Below are positions 33,609 through 46,251 of a stretch of DNA of 64,000 bases, piece by piece (within the stretch, counting starts at the first letter, position 1; each line of letters starts with the position of its first letter). A program made the translations under genes and the position numbers. The notes under the pieces are model-generated. The model was given only the letters and a program-made list of their open reading frames with translations, was not told the DNA's origin and made no database searches. This DNA is from Amoebophrya sp. A120. Its lineage: Eukaryota; Protista; Dinoflagellata. Location: contig CAJINV010000004.1 in assembly GCA_905178155.1 (NCBI GenBank), positions 3,063,014 through 3,127,013 on the forward strand, given 5' to 3'.

Positions 33609-35525
33609 TTGGCAAAAATTTGTGGCGTGTCACGAAGAAGTTTTTGCTGTATGATCTTTTTCCCAAAAAGAAGACAACACACGTCACATACACACACACA
33701 CACACTACTAAATCAATTGCAATAACATCACTTACATATTTTTTGGAATAACTACACTGTCCGGGTCGTGTGGGGCGCTTTTTAATATGATAGGACGACC
33801 ACCGCAACAACGGGCGATGCACGACCGCACAAATCCGGAACGTTGATCGTCGTGCCCTCGTCGCCGTGGTGAAAGTAGTTGTTGAGATCCAGCAGCAGCA
33901 GCCCCTGTCACACGACCCCCACTGGCGGCAAGAAGGCGGGAATTGGCGCTGTCGGCGAACAGCGCAGACACCAGGACCAACGGAAACCGAAACATTGGAT
34001 TGTAGTTGTACTTCCTCAATGTCATGGTGAGAATGTTGATGATCAAGAGTTGAAAATAATGATCGTATCTGTAATTATATAACAGGTGAAGATATAAATT
34101 CGCTTTGTTTCAAAAGTAGAACTTGTGGATTTTTTCAAAACTAGAACTTGTGGATGAAGCAGACGAAATTCGTTGCAAAACGTTGAAAAGTAGTAGCACT
34201 TTTTATCTTGTTGTACCTCTCGACGAGAGACAAGGCTGTAGTGATCATGAAACAAGGCGGAATAAAGTCTGATGGAGCCGGAGAGAGACCCTACTGTTTC
34301 TGTTGTTCCAAGAAATTGCTGACCGATCGTACCGATGAATCTTCGACAAAATATTCAAACATTCGTTTAAGTAGCATTGCACATGCCCTTCTCTCAGCGA
34401 TGTTGTTTCATTTTCAACCGCGAACGAGAGGCCAGGATCAATTTCAAGGATCAATATCGCGCGATTTCCAGATGATCTTTTGACGGCGCGACAATGCTAC
34501 AACACTCCCGTGGCTTCAACTGAAGTTACGGAGTGTTGGAAATGGAAAACAATTTGCTGCAGCTCCGTGAGTTCCGTCACCGATTCGATCAGATCGGGTT
34601 CTTACCATAGTTCAAAGCTCAATCTTCCCAGTTGTGGATTTTCGAACAATATTGATCTAAGGTCAAGACTTTATCAACCGAAATGCGCATATTTTTCCAG
34701 ATGGGTCGTGAGTTCTACTTCGAGTGATCCGACTATGATCCGTCTCAGACAACTACAACTTCTGCTTACACGGGAAGTCGAAGTAGTGGACAAGAAGGCC
34801 GTCGTCGAGGACTTCTCCTTGTCCCCCAGCAGCATATATGCTTGTTGAGCCAGCATAAAAATTACGATTGGTATACTAGAGACCACAAGTTGCGAACACC
34901 TGCGCGACTCAGCCGTACAACTTTGTTCCGGTTCGCCGAGCCTCATGCGTCCTGCAGGCGAGCTGCAGGCTCGCCGGAAATGGGAAAAAGATTCGCTGCC
35001 TCAATTCTGTTGTTCTTGATCTTGTATCATGTTGTCCTTGTCGTCATTAACATTATAAACCAGGAGGGCCTGCTGCTGCTGGTAGGGTGGGTGTAGTAGT
35101 AGAAGTTCCGGATCACGTCCTGAAAGAGCAATGGCGTCACTGTTCTTACAAGGAAATGGTGGACCAGTGCCAGCTTGTTCAGGCAGCGCCAGCCGTGATT
35201 ACAGGATGAACGAAATGGACCACAAGTGTGCGAGGACTCACTTCCCGCTTACATCTTCGGGAACAGCGCTCGGCTTCCCCGCAGGTCTTGCTCCGGTTAT
35301 TTTGTCACCATACCTTGTTGGTGTATAATGTTTCACTTCTTTGATAGTTTTTGACACTCATTTCAAAGGGACGAAAGAAAAAGACAATGTAATGCAAGCT
35401 TCTTAGACAAAACACGATTTGATTTGTCAAGACATCGACCACATGTTATATAAAGATAAACTACAAAGCGGAGAGATGCGAAGAAACGCCAAGGCTGCTG
35501 CAGCAAAACGCAAAATGAAAAGTCG

Positions 35526-35619
35526 CAAAAAAAAATACGCTTTCGGCGGCGCGAAGTGCTCCATGGCGACGGTGACTTTGGGCGCCACCGGCTTGTCGCC
35601 CCAGGCTTCGACCTTGACG
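35526..35619. repeat. Element-free duplicate (empty site) of the exon sequence at 36535-36574 + 36816-36868
   Basis: About 94 bp, identical except for A-run length; carries a single catgg where the other copy has catgg-element-catgg. Confidence 0.95.
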
Positions 35620-35804
35620 TTATTCACCACGCACGCGCCAGCCTGTGCTTCGGGCCCCCGGGCACAGAAAAACCCCGAACCACCCACGTCGCGCAGGAGG
35701 TGTCAATAAGCTCGGGCCATTCATCAATCTGGAGTCGATGGCGAAAGCTTCGCGCCAGCCAGGAAATAAACAACTCACACTCCCCCAAGAGGCAATCAAG
35801 CAGC

Positions 35805-36115
35805 GGTCCTTCCGCCAGGGAGAGACCTAAAAGAGGGCAAGGAAGGCGAAATGGCGGCCCCCGAGACACCTTCCGCAGGAAGGCAAAACGGAATCCCCCG
35901 AGACTGACACCATCCCCAGGAAGGCGAAATGGAAACGGAATCCCATGAGCAATGGGTCTCCCGAGAGGAGGCGAAGCGGGAATGTAACTCCGAGAGGGAC
36001 GGATGGATCTTCCGAGGGAAGGCGAAATGAAGACGGAATTCCCAGAGACACACCCCTTCCGAGGGAAGGAGACACAAATGGAATCCCTCCCTGGAACTTC
36101 GCAAGGCGAAAGCCT
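35805..36115. repeat. Degenerate tandem array of about 40-45 bp units
   Basis: Recurring ggaaggcgaaatg...cggaatccc..gagacac..cttccg, about 7 units. Confidence 0.7.
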
Positions 36116-36376
36116 CGAAAACTTTCGGCAAAGAGCCGTAAAACAAGACGGGCGCGCGAAGGTTAGCTATAACATTACTCGCCACGTCTCTATCGACCAG
36201 AGGAAGAAAAGCCAGACACCTTTGATGAACGTGGCCGCCTTTCAAAAAAAATAGCGGAGAACTTTAGGCGCGAGGGTGTGGAAGCCACAAAACACAAAAA
36301 GCGCAGCAGATAGATTCTTCCAAGGGGAGGCATTGCGAGGCGAAGGACTGATGGGGATGAAGTTGTCGTGGTGGTT

Positions 36377-36526
36377 TACTTGATTCCATTCCACCACTTG
36401 ATAGATTCCAGATAGTAACTTGATTCCATGTAACTTGATTCCGGGTTTAACTTGATTCCATATAACCTGATTCCAGGCCTAACTTGATTCCAGTTAACTT
36501 GATTCCATGACCTCAACTTGATTCCT
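36377..36526. repeat. Minisatellite, about 9 copies of AACTTGATTCC with 4-8 nt variable spacers
   Basis: Directly visible: taacttgattccatg taacttgattccgggt ttaacttgattccata... Confidence 0.9.
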
Positions 36527-36545
36527 TGTTTTACCAAAAAAAATA

Positions 36546-37265
36546 CGCTTTCGGCGGCGCGAAGTGCTCCATGGTATGGCGTTCTCAAAAGTTACATTCT
36601 CAAGTGTTACATGAATTTGTGATGCAAGAATGGCAAAACTGAAAGGGCGAAGACTGCGTCTCTTGCATGACAGATTTCGCGCAGATTCTCAGCCTGTTTG
36701 GGCCTTCCAGAATTTGTAATGCGCAGCAGCTTGATCGCGTCGAATCTGATTGGGGTTCTGTATGACAAATTCATGTAACAGTTGAGAATGTAACAATTGA
36801 GAACACCATACATGGCGACGGTGACTTTGGGCGCCACCGGCTTGTCGCCCCAGGCTTCGACCTTGACGCTGTTAAATTTGTGCGTGATCCACTCCTTGTG
36901 GGTATCCATAACAAAACAACCATCCCCATCCATTTTTTGCATGACAAATAGTGGCATTTATGCACATTTTGCATGACAAATTGGATGTGGATGGCTCTTT
37001 TCTTGTAGATACTAGGCGCACTCTTTGTACACCCGGTCCTGGATCACCGGCTGCTGGTATCCTGTGCAAAAGTATCGCACTCCCACTCGTAGTAATTATC
37101 GCAGTCATGCATTACAGATTTTTTTCTCAATGTAAATCCGCATTACAAATTCTATTTCTCATGCTGATGAAATTTGTCATGCGATTTGTACTACTAGAAG
37201 TAAGATGCTTTTGCATTTCATAGCTGGGCCTCTCGCGCAAAGTTGTCTCCCCCGCGCCGGGCCAT
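36546..37265 (-). CDS. 5' part of a hypothetical protein split by three TIR elements; 3' exons unresolved
   Basis: MARRGGDNFAREAQ|QPVIQDRVYKECA|YKEWITHKFNSVKVEAWGDKPVAPKVTVAM|EHFAPPKA after element removal. Confidence 0.65.
36575..36810. mobile_element. Introner-like TIR element family C with a nearby empty site
   Basis: About 45-bp TIR tatggcgttctcaaaagttacattctcaagtgttacatgaatttgt / acaaattcatgtaacagttgagaatgtaacaattgagaacaccata; perfect TSD catgg. Confidence 0.96.
36903..37011. mobile_element. Introner-like TIR element family E (opposite orientation to 28147)
   Basis: ccatccccatcc / ggatgtggatgg IR; TAT..ATA ends; flanks gtggg/ctagg (degenerate). Confidence 0.85.
37058..37222. mobile_element. 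Introner-like TIR element family D
   Basis: tatcctgtgcaaaagtatc / gatgcttttgcatttcata; perfect TSD gctgg; close relative of 56339-56495. Confidence 0.93.
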
Positions 37266-38148
37266 GTTGGGGGTAGCCGAGAAGGGTAAACTAGAGAAGA
37301 AAGGATAAGTTCCACCTAAAAGGAAATACGGTTTGGTTATTTTGCGCCGGCAGTTATGAAGATTCAGCGCTAAAAGATTTCCAGTCGTCCAGCACGCTAC
37401 ACCGATACAGCGAGTGCGAGCCGGTCGGTATCGCAACGGAAAGTTTGTTCATCGTAACGAACACGACCTGCAAACAAGCGCCCTCCACGACATTTTTCTC
37501 ATCCCTCAGCCCTACCACTGACTCTTGCTCCTGGTGCGCGAAAAAGAACGAACGAATGACCTCCTCGCCTCTGCTGCGACCCGCATCCGCCCGGGAGCGG
37601 CAAGTAGATCGTTGATGGAAAATCAATAAAAACTGCATGCGATCTCTCCAAGCCGAAGTAGAAGTTCAGAAGCGAAGTGCGAAATGACGAACCTTCTGTG
37701 GTCGCAGACAAGGCTGGTCATGGCTCCGCAGAACCTGCGGAGCTCGGTCCCGCACCAGGGCCGTCGATTTTTCTTAGAAACTGAAACACAAGAAAAAAAA
37801 TCCGAAATGAAAATGACATCACAACAGCTCCGGCCTATATTACTCCAACGCGTAATTCAGGCGGGAAGTAGATTAAGATTTTATCTTGTTGCTCTTGATG
37901 CTGCGCAAAATTCTCACTATATTTCAAAGTTCAGAATCTGTAAAAGAAGAAGAACTGTGGTCTGATTCGCAAAATACAACCAACAAGTTGTTCGAAACAA
38001 ATATCAAAAAGAGGCTGAGGTTCCGTATTATATCATCAACCTCCCACGCAGCAGCAGCACAGCTTCCGGGGGGTCAGCGTATGCGTGTCGCGGCTCCTTC
38101 TGAGGCGCCACCCAGGCAGGGGGGGTGGTCGCTGGTCAGCGTGTCATC

Positions 38149-39161
38149 CTAGAAGAATCCGATTCGCTCTCGCAAACACTTCTGCTCGTCCGGCGAAGTT
38201 GACACGCACAGTACATCGATCGCCTGCTCCCCTTCCTGATTACCTGTTGCGCGCCTTGTGTTCGATGTTCGTGAATGTGGTCGCATGAAGATGCCGAACG
38301 TTTCACCACACCGGCCCTCTCGCGAGGACGATTTGGAGGTCGAATCCCCTTCCAAAAGCTTGCTCATTCCCGCGGCACCACCAGCAAGCACGATCGCGAG
38401 CTCGTTCATGCTTTCGAGCGATGGAGAGCTGTGACCGTGGACCTGGGAGCATCATGGTGAGTTGTGGTGCGCTTGTACTATTTGTAAGACGCTGATGATG
38501 CAACATGGAGGTGCTACTAGTCGCTGTTGCAATATTTGAAATGTTCTTTCCATGAGTGTACGTATAATAGATACCACATATTTTCATCTGGATCTGTTAT
38601 TGTATGTAGGATGCACAGCCTCAATATCATCGCAGCTCGTCCTCCAGCGGAATTTGTAAAAGAAGTGCTAATCTAGCATCTTCATGATCATGCAATTAGA
38701 AAGCCCTATTCACAATAGAATACCTCCTGCATCGCCGGGCCATTGTACGGATCCGTGGCTTCCGAAATGTCTTCCCCCGGGGCGAGACTCGGTGTGGGCG
38801 CGTCCATGGTGTCCCCCAAATCGGGGTTCGCGTCGTCATCGTCGTCCTCCTCATCGTCCACAAAGGAAGAAAAAAGCTTCTTCGTCCGCGCTGTTGCAGC
38901 GGCGAGCCAGGAGGTGGTGGACGAGGCTCCTGGTGCTGCTAGCACTCCACCGCTAGTACTTTTCGCTTGTGATATCGAACTTCTGGTAGTACTGGCAGGC
39001 TGATGCGGGTGAAGATGAATGGGTGGCTGAAAAAGTGAAGCAGCGGTCTCCTGTGGTCCTCCAGTTGTTGGATCATGTAACCCGTTCCGGCTTGCGCTAC
39101 CTGACGAAGAGAAAAAGGAGCTCGACGCTGCAAGGTTTGGGTGGAGACGCCAAGCCAACAT
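38149..39161 (-). CDS. Hypothetical Ser/Asp-rich protein, at least 2 exons
   Basis: ORF 38706-39161 ends at a GT donor (AMQE|gtattc); ORF 38149-38409 continues after a cag acceptor near 38441. Confidence 0.45.
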
Positions 39162-39804
39162 GTTCGTCCTTTATTGTTACGATTTCCAAAACCAAGTTCA
39201 AAACGCAGCACAGAATAAACCAGTACGCCAAGGGTAAGATGAAAGCTACGGCTATGTATTTTTGTTTCCTTTACCTACAAAACTTTCCATCCTAAATGAC
39301 GAGGACGCTCCCTCGTGACGTTCATTCTACAGCACCACACAAAAAAAAGCTACGAACAACGCGAACGCAACTAAAAATCGACTGGTAATTCTCTCTTCTG
39401 TCTCAAATTCGATAAAGCGACTGACCCGACCGCACTGCCGCAGGGGCACTTCGCAATTTTAGTAGAAGAGCATGATGGACGACACAGAGACTGTAACTCA
39501 GTTTTGTTTTTAAAGTGGCACAGCATGATTAGCGAGTAACAACAACACTCAAATGCTAATCTCATCTCGCTGCCCGTGGACATATTCGACACGAAGACGA
39601 AAACTGAACACCTTCCAGCCACTGCATATTTGTTGGGTGTCGGCGCTCCTTTGATTAACCGATGGGAACACGACGACGACGAGTGAATTCATAGTCGTCG
39701 ATCTTCGTTATTTAGGATTTTTTGTGCGCGTACTTATGCAGCTTCCTCACCAGAAGTGGTCGGTATTGAAGATGAAATTTTGTCCCAGCATCTTCAAGAG
39801 GCAA

Positions 39805-40405
39805 CTAATGCCCCGCCCTCTGTGAAATGAAGTTCATTTGCTCTTGCGACATCTTCACTAGGTCTCTTTTCGCCTTTTTGTGCCATCTTCGAATCTTTTC
39901 CGTATCTTTGATGATCTGGTAGTGGCCGCTCTTGATTTCGTTTTCTGCCTTCCGTGCCTTCTTCGCGGCACGCTTCTTTGCGGCGGCGACCTGGGGATAG
40001 AATTAAAAATAGTTTTGTATTAGTATTTGTTTTTCATGAGCAATCAGATTGGGACTGCTCTTTCGGTTTTGGTTCGTGGTTGAACACGGAGTCAGCTTCT
40101 ACTTTGTTTTTTCATCAACATTATGCATGGCCTATATCTCATTCCCAGAACCTCAGCGTTCGTACTTATTCCTTTGTATTCCAGTTTGAGTGAAAGAAAA
40201 ATTAAAATAAAGTAAATACCCTCTTTGCTTTCCCGCTCTCCAGCAATGATTTCTCGAGATCCTTAATCGCTTGCAGGTCCCGTTTCTCCTTTTTCCTTTC
40301 CTCATGCGTTTTCACACTGACATTTCTGTTTTTGTTCGCGCTTGCCCGCTCGTGTGGTCGCAACAACTTCTTTTTTGTTGACAAGGCCCGCCCGAGACGA
40401 CCCAT
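39805..40405 (-). CDS. CCDC86/Cgr1-like basic nucleolar coiled-coil protein, 2 exons
   Basis: ...KTHEERKKEKRDLQAIKDLEKSLLESGKAKR|VAAAKKRAAKKARKAENEIKSGHYQIIKDTEKIRRWHKKAKRDL; GT-AG intron. Confidence 0.75.
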
Positions 40406-41391
40406 TTTTTGTCTTTTTTGTTCCGCTTTTGAAGAGTCCAACCAGGAAAATTTATGATGAAATACTCAAAGCGGCTTTCGGTTTTGCGTGTTTTCTACGT
40501 AAACGTTTCAGGAGAAAAAGTGATTGCCTAGTGATAAGTCCTCTTTTTCCAAATCTTGATCTAAACAAGTTCAACAAAAGTTGTAGAGCCTGGTGGTGGA
40601 TAGAGGTGCAATGAGTATCCAAATGGAATCGACTAGTGGCAGGGACAGTTCAACATCGATGTATGCAGGGAACAAGAAGTCGGAATATCCAACATCGCAG
40701 AGCATCAGGTAGAAGATCGGATCCATCGCTGATCAAGATCAAGTGAAGCTAAAGGAGATCCTCGTCGGATCTTCTGTCGTCGTAAATTGTTCCTAGTTGT
40801 TCTTCGCGTGATCTTTGCGTGAGCAAAAAGAAGTGAATCCGGCTCTAGAAATTCCTTGCGGATCTGATCGTTTGTCTTGATTTGTTGCTGACACAAGTAT
40901 TTGCTATTTGCGTAATAGTACGGCATTATCATTAACACTCTTATCGCCGTTTCTAAGCTTCTCGTGCTCAGCAATCGCACAGTAGCACGAAGTCAGTCTC
41001 AGACATGCCGAGGAGGCCTGCGACAACGTCTTCTTTCAGGAGTTCGTTGAGGCGCTTCTAGTAGTTGTACACAGGGAACTTTTACTTCAATACAACAGCG
41101 TCATCCACTTATTCCGCGATTCTCACGACAAGCTAAAGGCCGCTGTCCTGATTTCGCTTTTTTCGTGCCGCATTTCTGCTTCCGGTTCCGAAGGCAGAGG
41201 CACTGGCACAAGATGCAAAATAGTTGTTTGACGATGTCATTGTCTAAGACTAAGAGTACAGCGAACTACTGCTCAACTACTTCTCTACTACTACCAAGTA
41301 CTTCACTTACACAGCTAGCAGGTGAATCTTAACATCTGCAAACATCTTCATCTACTAGCACTTCCACTTCACGACAAGACGCTTCATTTTT

Positions 41392-44300
41392 TTATTTCTT
41401 TGTGATGTCGTCGAGCCCGGCTTGAAACATGGAAAACAGGTCATCGTCATCCACATCAAACAGTTTGTCTGTAGTCTTCGCGGCGGATGAAGATGATGTT
41501 GTCGCGGCTGCAGTTGGTGCAGCGGGAGGAGGTGGGACTGTGCTTGTAGATGCAACTACGGAAACCGTTCCGCTAGGTGGGGCTACAGGTCGTACAGCAG
41601 GAGCAGTACTACTACCACCCGACTGCGCCGCGGCCTTCGGACTCGTGGTCGGAGTGCCGATGCTGTGAAACTCCACCGGTTGTTGATTCCGCAAATCCAC
41701 GCTCTTTGGTGCCTCTAGCACGACCGTCTTGTCTGGAGAGGAGGAAGGTGTACCTCCTCCGACAGGGGCCATGTTGCCCGTCTGCAAAACGGGGACCGGC
41801 ACTGCTGGTGTTGTTGAAGCTGCTGGTAGTTTCGTCGAACTTGCTCCTGCTGTCGGCGCTTCTTTACTCGGCGGACTACTGGCGGGATTGCTGGAATTGT
41901 TGAAAAACAATTCGTTGATGTCCGAAGTGACCTGCGAAAGGGAAAAACTTGACGCGAAGCTCGATGCCGCGGATTGCGACGCAGATGAGGATGCCGAAGT
42001 AGTAGAGCCGGCGGATGAGTTAGTTGCAGGAGTCCCCGTCGTACCAGCGGAAGATAATTTACCGGCTGCAATTGTTCCCCCTGGAGGTCCTCCTCCGCTC
42101 ATGCTGGTCATCGTCGTTCCAGTACTCGGGATCGGCGGAAAATTTTCGTCCTTCAGCTTGGACAAAAATTGGCCCGCGGTACCGAGCAGCTTCTCGCCGC
42201 CGGTTGTGATCCCGCCGAGCAGATTCTTTCCCGCGGCCGCTGCAGAGGCGGGAAGCTGGTTTTGTTGATGCTGTTGTTGCAACATTAGTGCAGGACCACC
42301 AGGGCCTCCAGCACGTCCCGTTACAACCTCCCAGGCCGCTTGGATCACTGGTTCCTGCTTTTGTTTGTGTTGCGAGAAGTCCGCTTTTGTCTTCTGTATC
42401 TTCGCCGCACAAGCCTCGCCAGCCAAAAGTCTCTTCTCATACTTGCTCAAAAACCGCTCCAGCTCCTGCCAGCACCGGTCCCGGACCGCGATGGCCTTTT
42501 TCAAATCCAGCAGAAGTGCCTCCTTCGGTCGTGAGGGAGCCGGCGCGGGGGGGTGTTGTGGGGCCATAATTCCTGTCGCGGCGGCTTCAGAAGTCGACGT
42601 AGTTCCACCTGCTGATGGAGCTGCGAAAAGAGGGGGAGCATGCTGTCCACCACCACCAGCACCGCTCACCGCCGGCGCGGCTTCGTACACTGCCACGCAG
42701 CAAGTTTCGACCAGTGTCATGGCCGTTCGCAGGCGCGTGGCTTCCAGGTCCAAGTGTTTCTCCCCGGCGCTCAGCAAGCCGGTGTAAACTTCGCTCGCCG
42801 ACTTTTTACGCTCCTCAATGGCGAGGTGCAAGGTGTCGGCCTGAACAGTTTTGAATTGGAAGAAAACATCGCATCTTCTTCACGAGGGCAAGAATCGAAT
42901 GCATGTGCATCCAGATCCAACACCAGCAGCCACTGCGAAAATATGCTGATATCGATCCACCACGGCACTCCCAACATCACTTCGCCGCTTGATCTTGAAA
43001 TCCGGATGGTGCAGCATCAACATCAGCTTCAATGATGTTAGTTTGGAAAGCAAACAAAAAAAAATCGCCGAAACGAAAAAGGTCACTTTTGGAATCTGTA
43101 TATGCTTCAGGCTGGAGCGTAGTATAAATACAAAATCCGAAAGTAGAAAAAATGCATTTTATGTAAGTACCTGTGTTTTCCCCCCGCTGGCGCACATTTG
43201 CTTGATCGCGTGAAACAAGGCCTGGTCGCGGAGAAATTTCTCGTCCTGCAGTTTCAAACTCTGCAGGTTTTCTTCGTAAAAGACCAGTGCGTTCTCTGAC
43301 TCCTTCTTCAGTGCGTCCTCGCTGTGCTCTACCCGGGCGATCTGCTGCTTCAATTCGGATAGCTCCGTGACAACCGTTATCCTGAGTAAAAACGTCCACA
43401 CCCCAGAGTTGTCATGCAGATTTGCAATGGCAGGAAGATTTGTGATGCGTATCCCCATGATAGGCATTTTCGATCGTGTTTTAGAATTTGCAATGCGGTA
43501 AACAGGATTAGGATTAGCAGATTGATTTCTAATGCGGCTATCCTTGCCAACCTGCACTACACTACGGGCTGCAACGTGTCATGCGCGACGCCCAAAACGT
43601 CTCGCTTTGTGTTGCGAAGTCCCCATCTTGACTCTGGGGTGGGGACGTTTCTACTCAGGATAACCGTGCTCAGCTGCTTTTCCAGCTCCTCCTTTTGCTT
43701 CTCTAACTCCGCCACCCGGTCTTGCACCTCCTTCTTTCCGTCCGTCAACCCGCCGAGCTGCGTCCCGAGCTCTTCGCGCTGCGTTATGGCGCTCGCAACT
43801 GTTACATTCTCAACTCTTACATGAATTTGTGATGCAAGAATGGAAAAAGTGGACGAGGTGACCTTGCGCGTCTTGCGTGACAGATTTGGAACAGTTTCTC
43901 AGCCTGTTTGGCCCTTCAGGAATTTGTCATGCGAAGCAGCTTGACCGTGCCGATTCATTTCATTCTGATTGTAGTTTTGCATGACAAATCATGTAACAGT
44001 TGAGAATTTAACATTTGAGAACGCCATATGCGTCTTCTTCGCGTCCTGCAAAGATTCCTTGCGCTGCTGCATCTTCTTCCGCTGATCCTCCCCGTTTTGC
44101 AGGCTTGTGTCAATCCCCGCAAGAATACTGGACCACGAGCGCGCGTACGAGGTTGTAGTGGCGGAAGGGGAACATGTAGAAGTCGTGCCAGTCAGGGATG
44201 TTGTTGACGATCCCTCTGCTGTTACAACCGTGCTGGTCTGAGAGATGAAATTGGATCTTCTTTCGACTGTGTTGTACCATTTCCACCACTTGGTTGTGTG

Positions 44301-46251
44301 AACAAGATCTACTTCGAAAGAATCATTCTAATCCTGCTTGTAGATGGGAGATCATCTTCATCTTCCTCATCAAAAACGTAGTTTGTAAAACAAGCGACTT
44401 TTCACTTTAATTACATGATCACACCCTGATTACCTCCGCAAGCAGCGTGGTCCATCTTTGCACAATGTGCAGGTCGCAGTCATGCGCGTCGGTTAGAAGA
44501 TTCAGCAGCAGCAACGACTTGTTGGCATCCTTGTTTTGCTCGGACCACGTACCGAGGATCTGATTTGGCTTCAGCGATGGAATCGCTGAGACCGAGGCCC
44601 GGGCAGTTGTCCCTCCCGCAGCACCACCCCCTCCCGCGGTCAAGCTCTGCTGCACTTGTTGAACTTGGTCCTGGAGTTGTGTGCGCTCCACCAGGTAGAT
44701 GCTCGCCCGCCAGTCCTCTTTCAACCGGGACAACACGGCGAAAAAAGCGTCGGGAAGCGAATCGCTGCACGGGATTGCGCCCATCAAGGCAACGAGCTCC
44801 TTTACCAGGTCTTGACTGCCCGGGACGGTGACCTGTGTTGATTTTTGAATCGGTTGACTTTGAAGACTCCTGCTGGTGCTGCGCCGTCGTGCACAGTAGA
44901 AGAGAAGTCAGCAGGACTCGGCGTGTTGACGTTTCGATTTTGAGGACATCTGCACAACTGACATCATCAAAACATAACTCAGACTACGCCCGCAACCCTG
45001 TCCGAAGTCGGTTTTCCGATCTGCAAATGGAAAAATATCGTTCTTGTATCCATGGACGAGGTAAGTACCGCTTTTATGAGCTTCCAGAACTGTTGCGAAA
45101 ACAGGTCCGCTGCAGTTGCGCCGTTTGTTCCGGGTTGATCTCCGCCAGCCTCTGCACCACTCCCTCCCGCGGAGGATTGCTGCAGCGCCGTTTGCAACTC
45201 CGGTGTAGCATGAATCGCACGAAACGCGTACTCCAGCGCGCGGGACTTCAAGAAAATATGCCGGAACGTCACTTTCCGCCGGCGCTGCTCCTTGCCGCCG
45301 TTCGCAGACGCGTTCGCTGCCTGCGCCTGGCTTGTTCCGCCTGCAGAATTGCGCAGATTCGAGGAGCTCGAAGGCGTTGCTGCGGAGGAGGATGTGGGGA
45401 ACAGGGGGGCAGACTTGTTGGCCGCTACGCTCGGGCCACTTGGTAGTACTGATTCGACGTTCGGATCAAGAGCGACGCCAGAACTACTAGTACCTCCAGG
45501 AGCGCCGCCAGCAGATGACTTACTCGTCTGCTGTTCCGCATCACTGGGAAAAGAAGCGGATCCATCACTCTTTTTGCTGCTGGTGCTGGTGCCCAGCTGC
45601 TGTCTAGCGGCAGGACCCTCACCTTCAGATGAAAGAACTCCTCCTGCCCGTTTCGCGGGCGAAAAAGGCAGCTCCTCTTCGTCTAGGGCCATTTCGTCTT
45701 CGGTTTTGGATAAAAGGGTTAAGTTCGTCAGCCGCTCCTCGGAGATACTGCCGACGGTACGGTTCATCGACACGTTCCAATCATGCAGGATGGTGGTTGC
45801 GCTTTCCAGGTCACGCAACTGCAGCGCCTCTTCCTCCACCCGCCCCGTGTGGTTCACCTGGGTCATCTTGCGCAAGCTTTCACCTGACAAACATTTTTTG
45901 AATTTGAACCATGCAAATTATCTTCTGGAAAAGCCTTGAGTCAACTTATCCGTTTGTTTTGTGCAACTTCTGCATCTTCTCAGCATCATATCACCTGGGA
46001 GAAGCTTTACAGGAATGCAAGCGGACGCGAATGCTATGAATGTAATGTTTTTGGGCGTTAGCTGCACATGTGTAGCCTCTAAGACTGAATATCGTTTCTT
46101 CGTCTCACATTGTCGCCGTGTATCCAAAAAGTACTACAGCTGCCTGTAGCTTACCAAGCGTTCCCGCCTTGCTTGCGACATCCTCCGCCATGCTCGCCAC
46201 ATCCTGCGAAACCAGCTTTACGCTGTCCGTGAACGTTTTTAACCACGACAT
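41392..46251 (-). CDS. Large multi-exon coiled-coil protein with low-complexity C-terminus
   Basis: Starts MSWLKTFTDSVKLVSQDVAS; chain of minus-strand ORFs; in-frame joins DAKKT|QREEL and QLST|VVTELSEL across elements. Confidence 0.65.
43378..43662. mobile_element. Introner-like TIR element (single-copy family G)
   Basis: TIR tatcctgagtaaaaacgtccacaccccagagt / actctggggtggggacgtttctactcaggata; perfect TSD accgt. Confidence 0.94.
43785..44028. mobile_element. Introner-like TIR element family C
   Basis: tatggcgctcgcaactgttacattctcaac / gttgagaatttaacatttgagaacgccata; perfect TSD tgcgt. Confidence 0.93.

Noticed and set aside
35298-35537. Possible element with tatttt/aaaata ends
   Set aside because: The inverted repeat is only a short low-complexity run, the flanks do not match, and the downstream frame could not be established.
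36377-36526. CRISPR-like repeat-spacer appearance
   Set aside because: Repeats are 11 bp, spacers 4-8 nt, the context is eukaryotic, and there are no cas genes.
36575-36810. Reading the terminal TA...TA as a Tc1/mariner TA target duplication
   Set aside because: The empty site at 35562-35566 has no TA at the insertion point; the duplicated sequence is the 5-mer CATGG, so TA belongs to the element.
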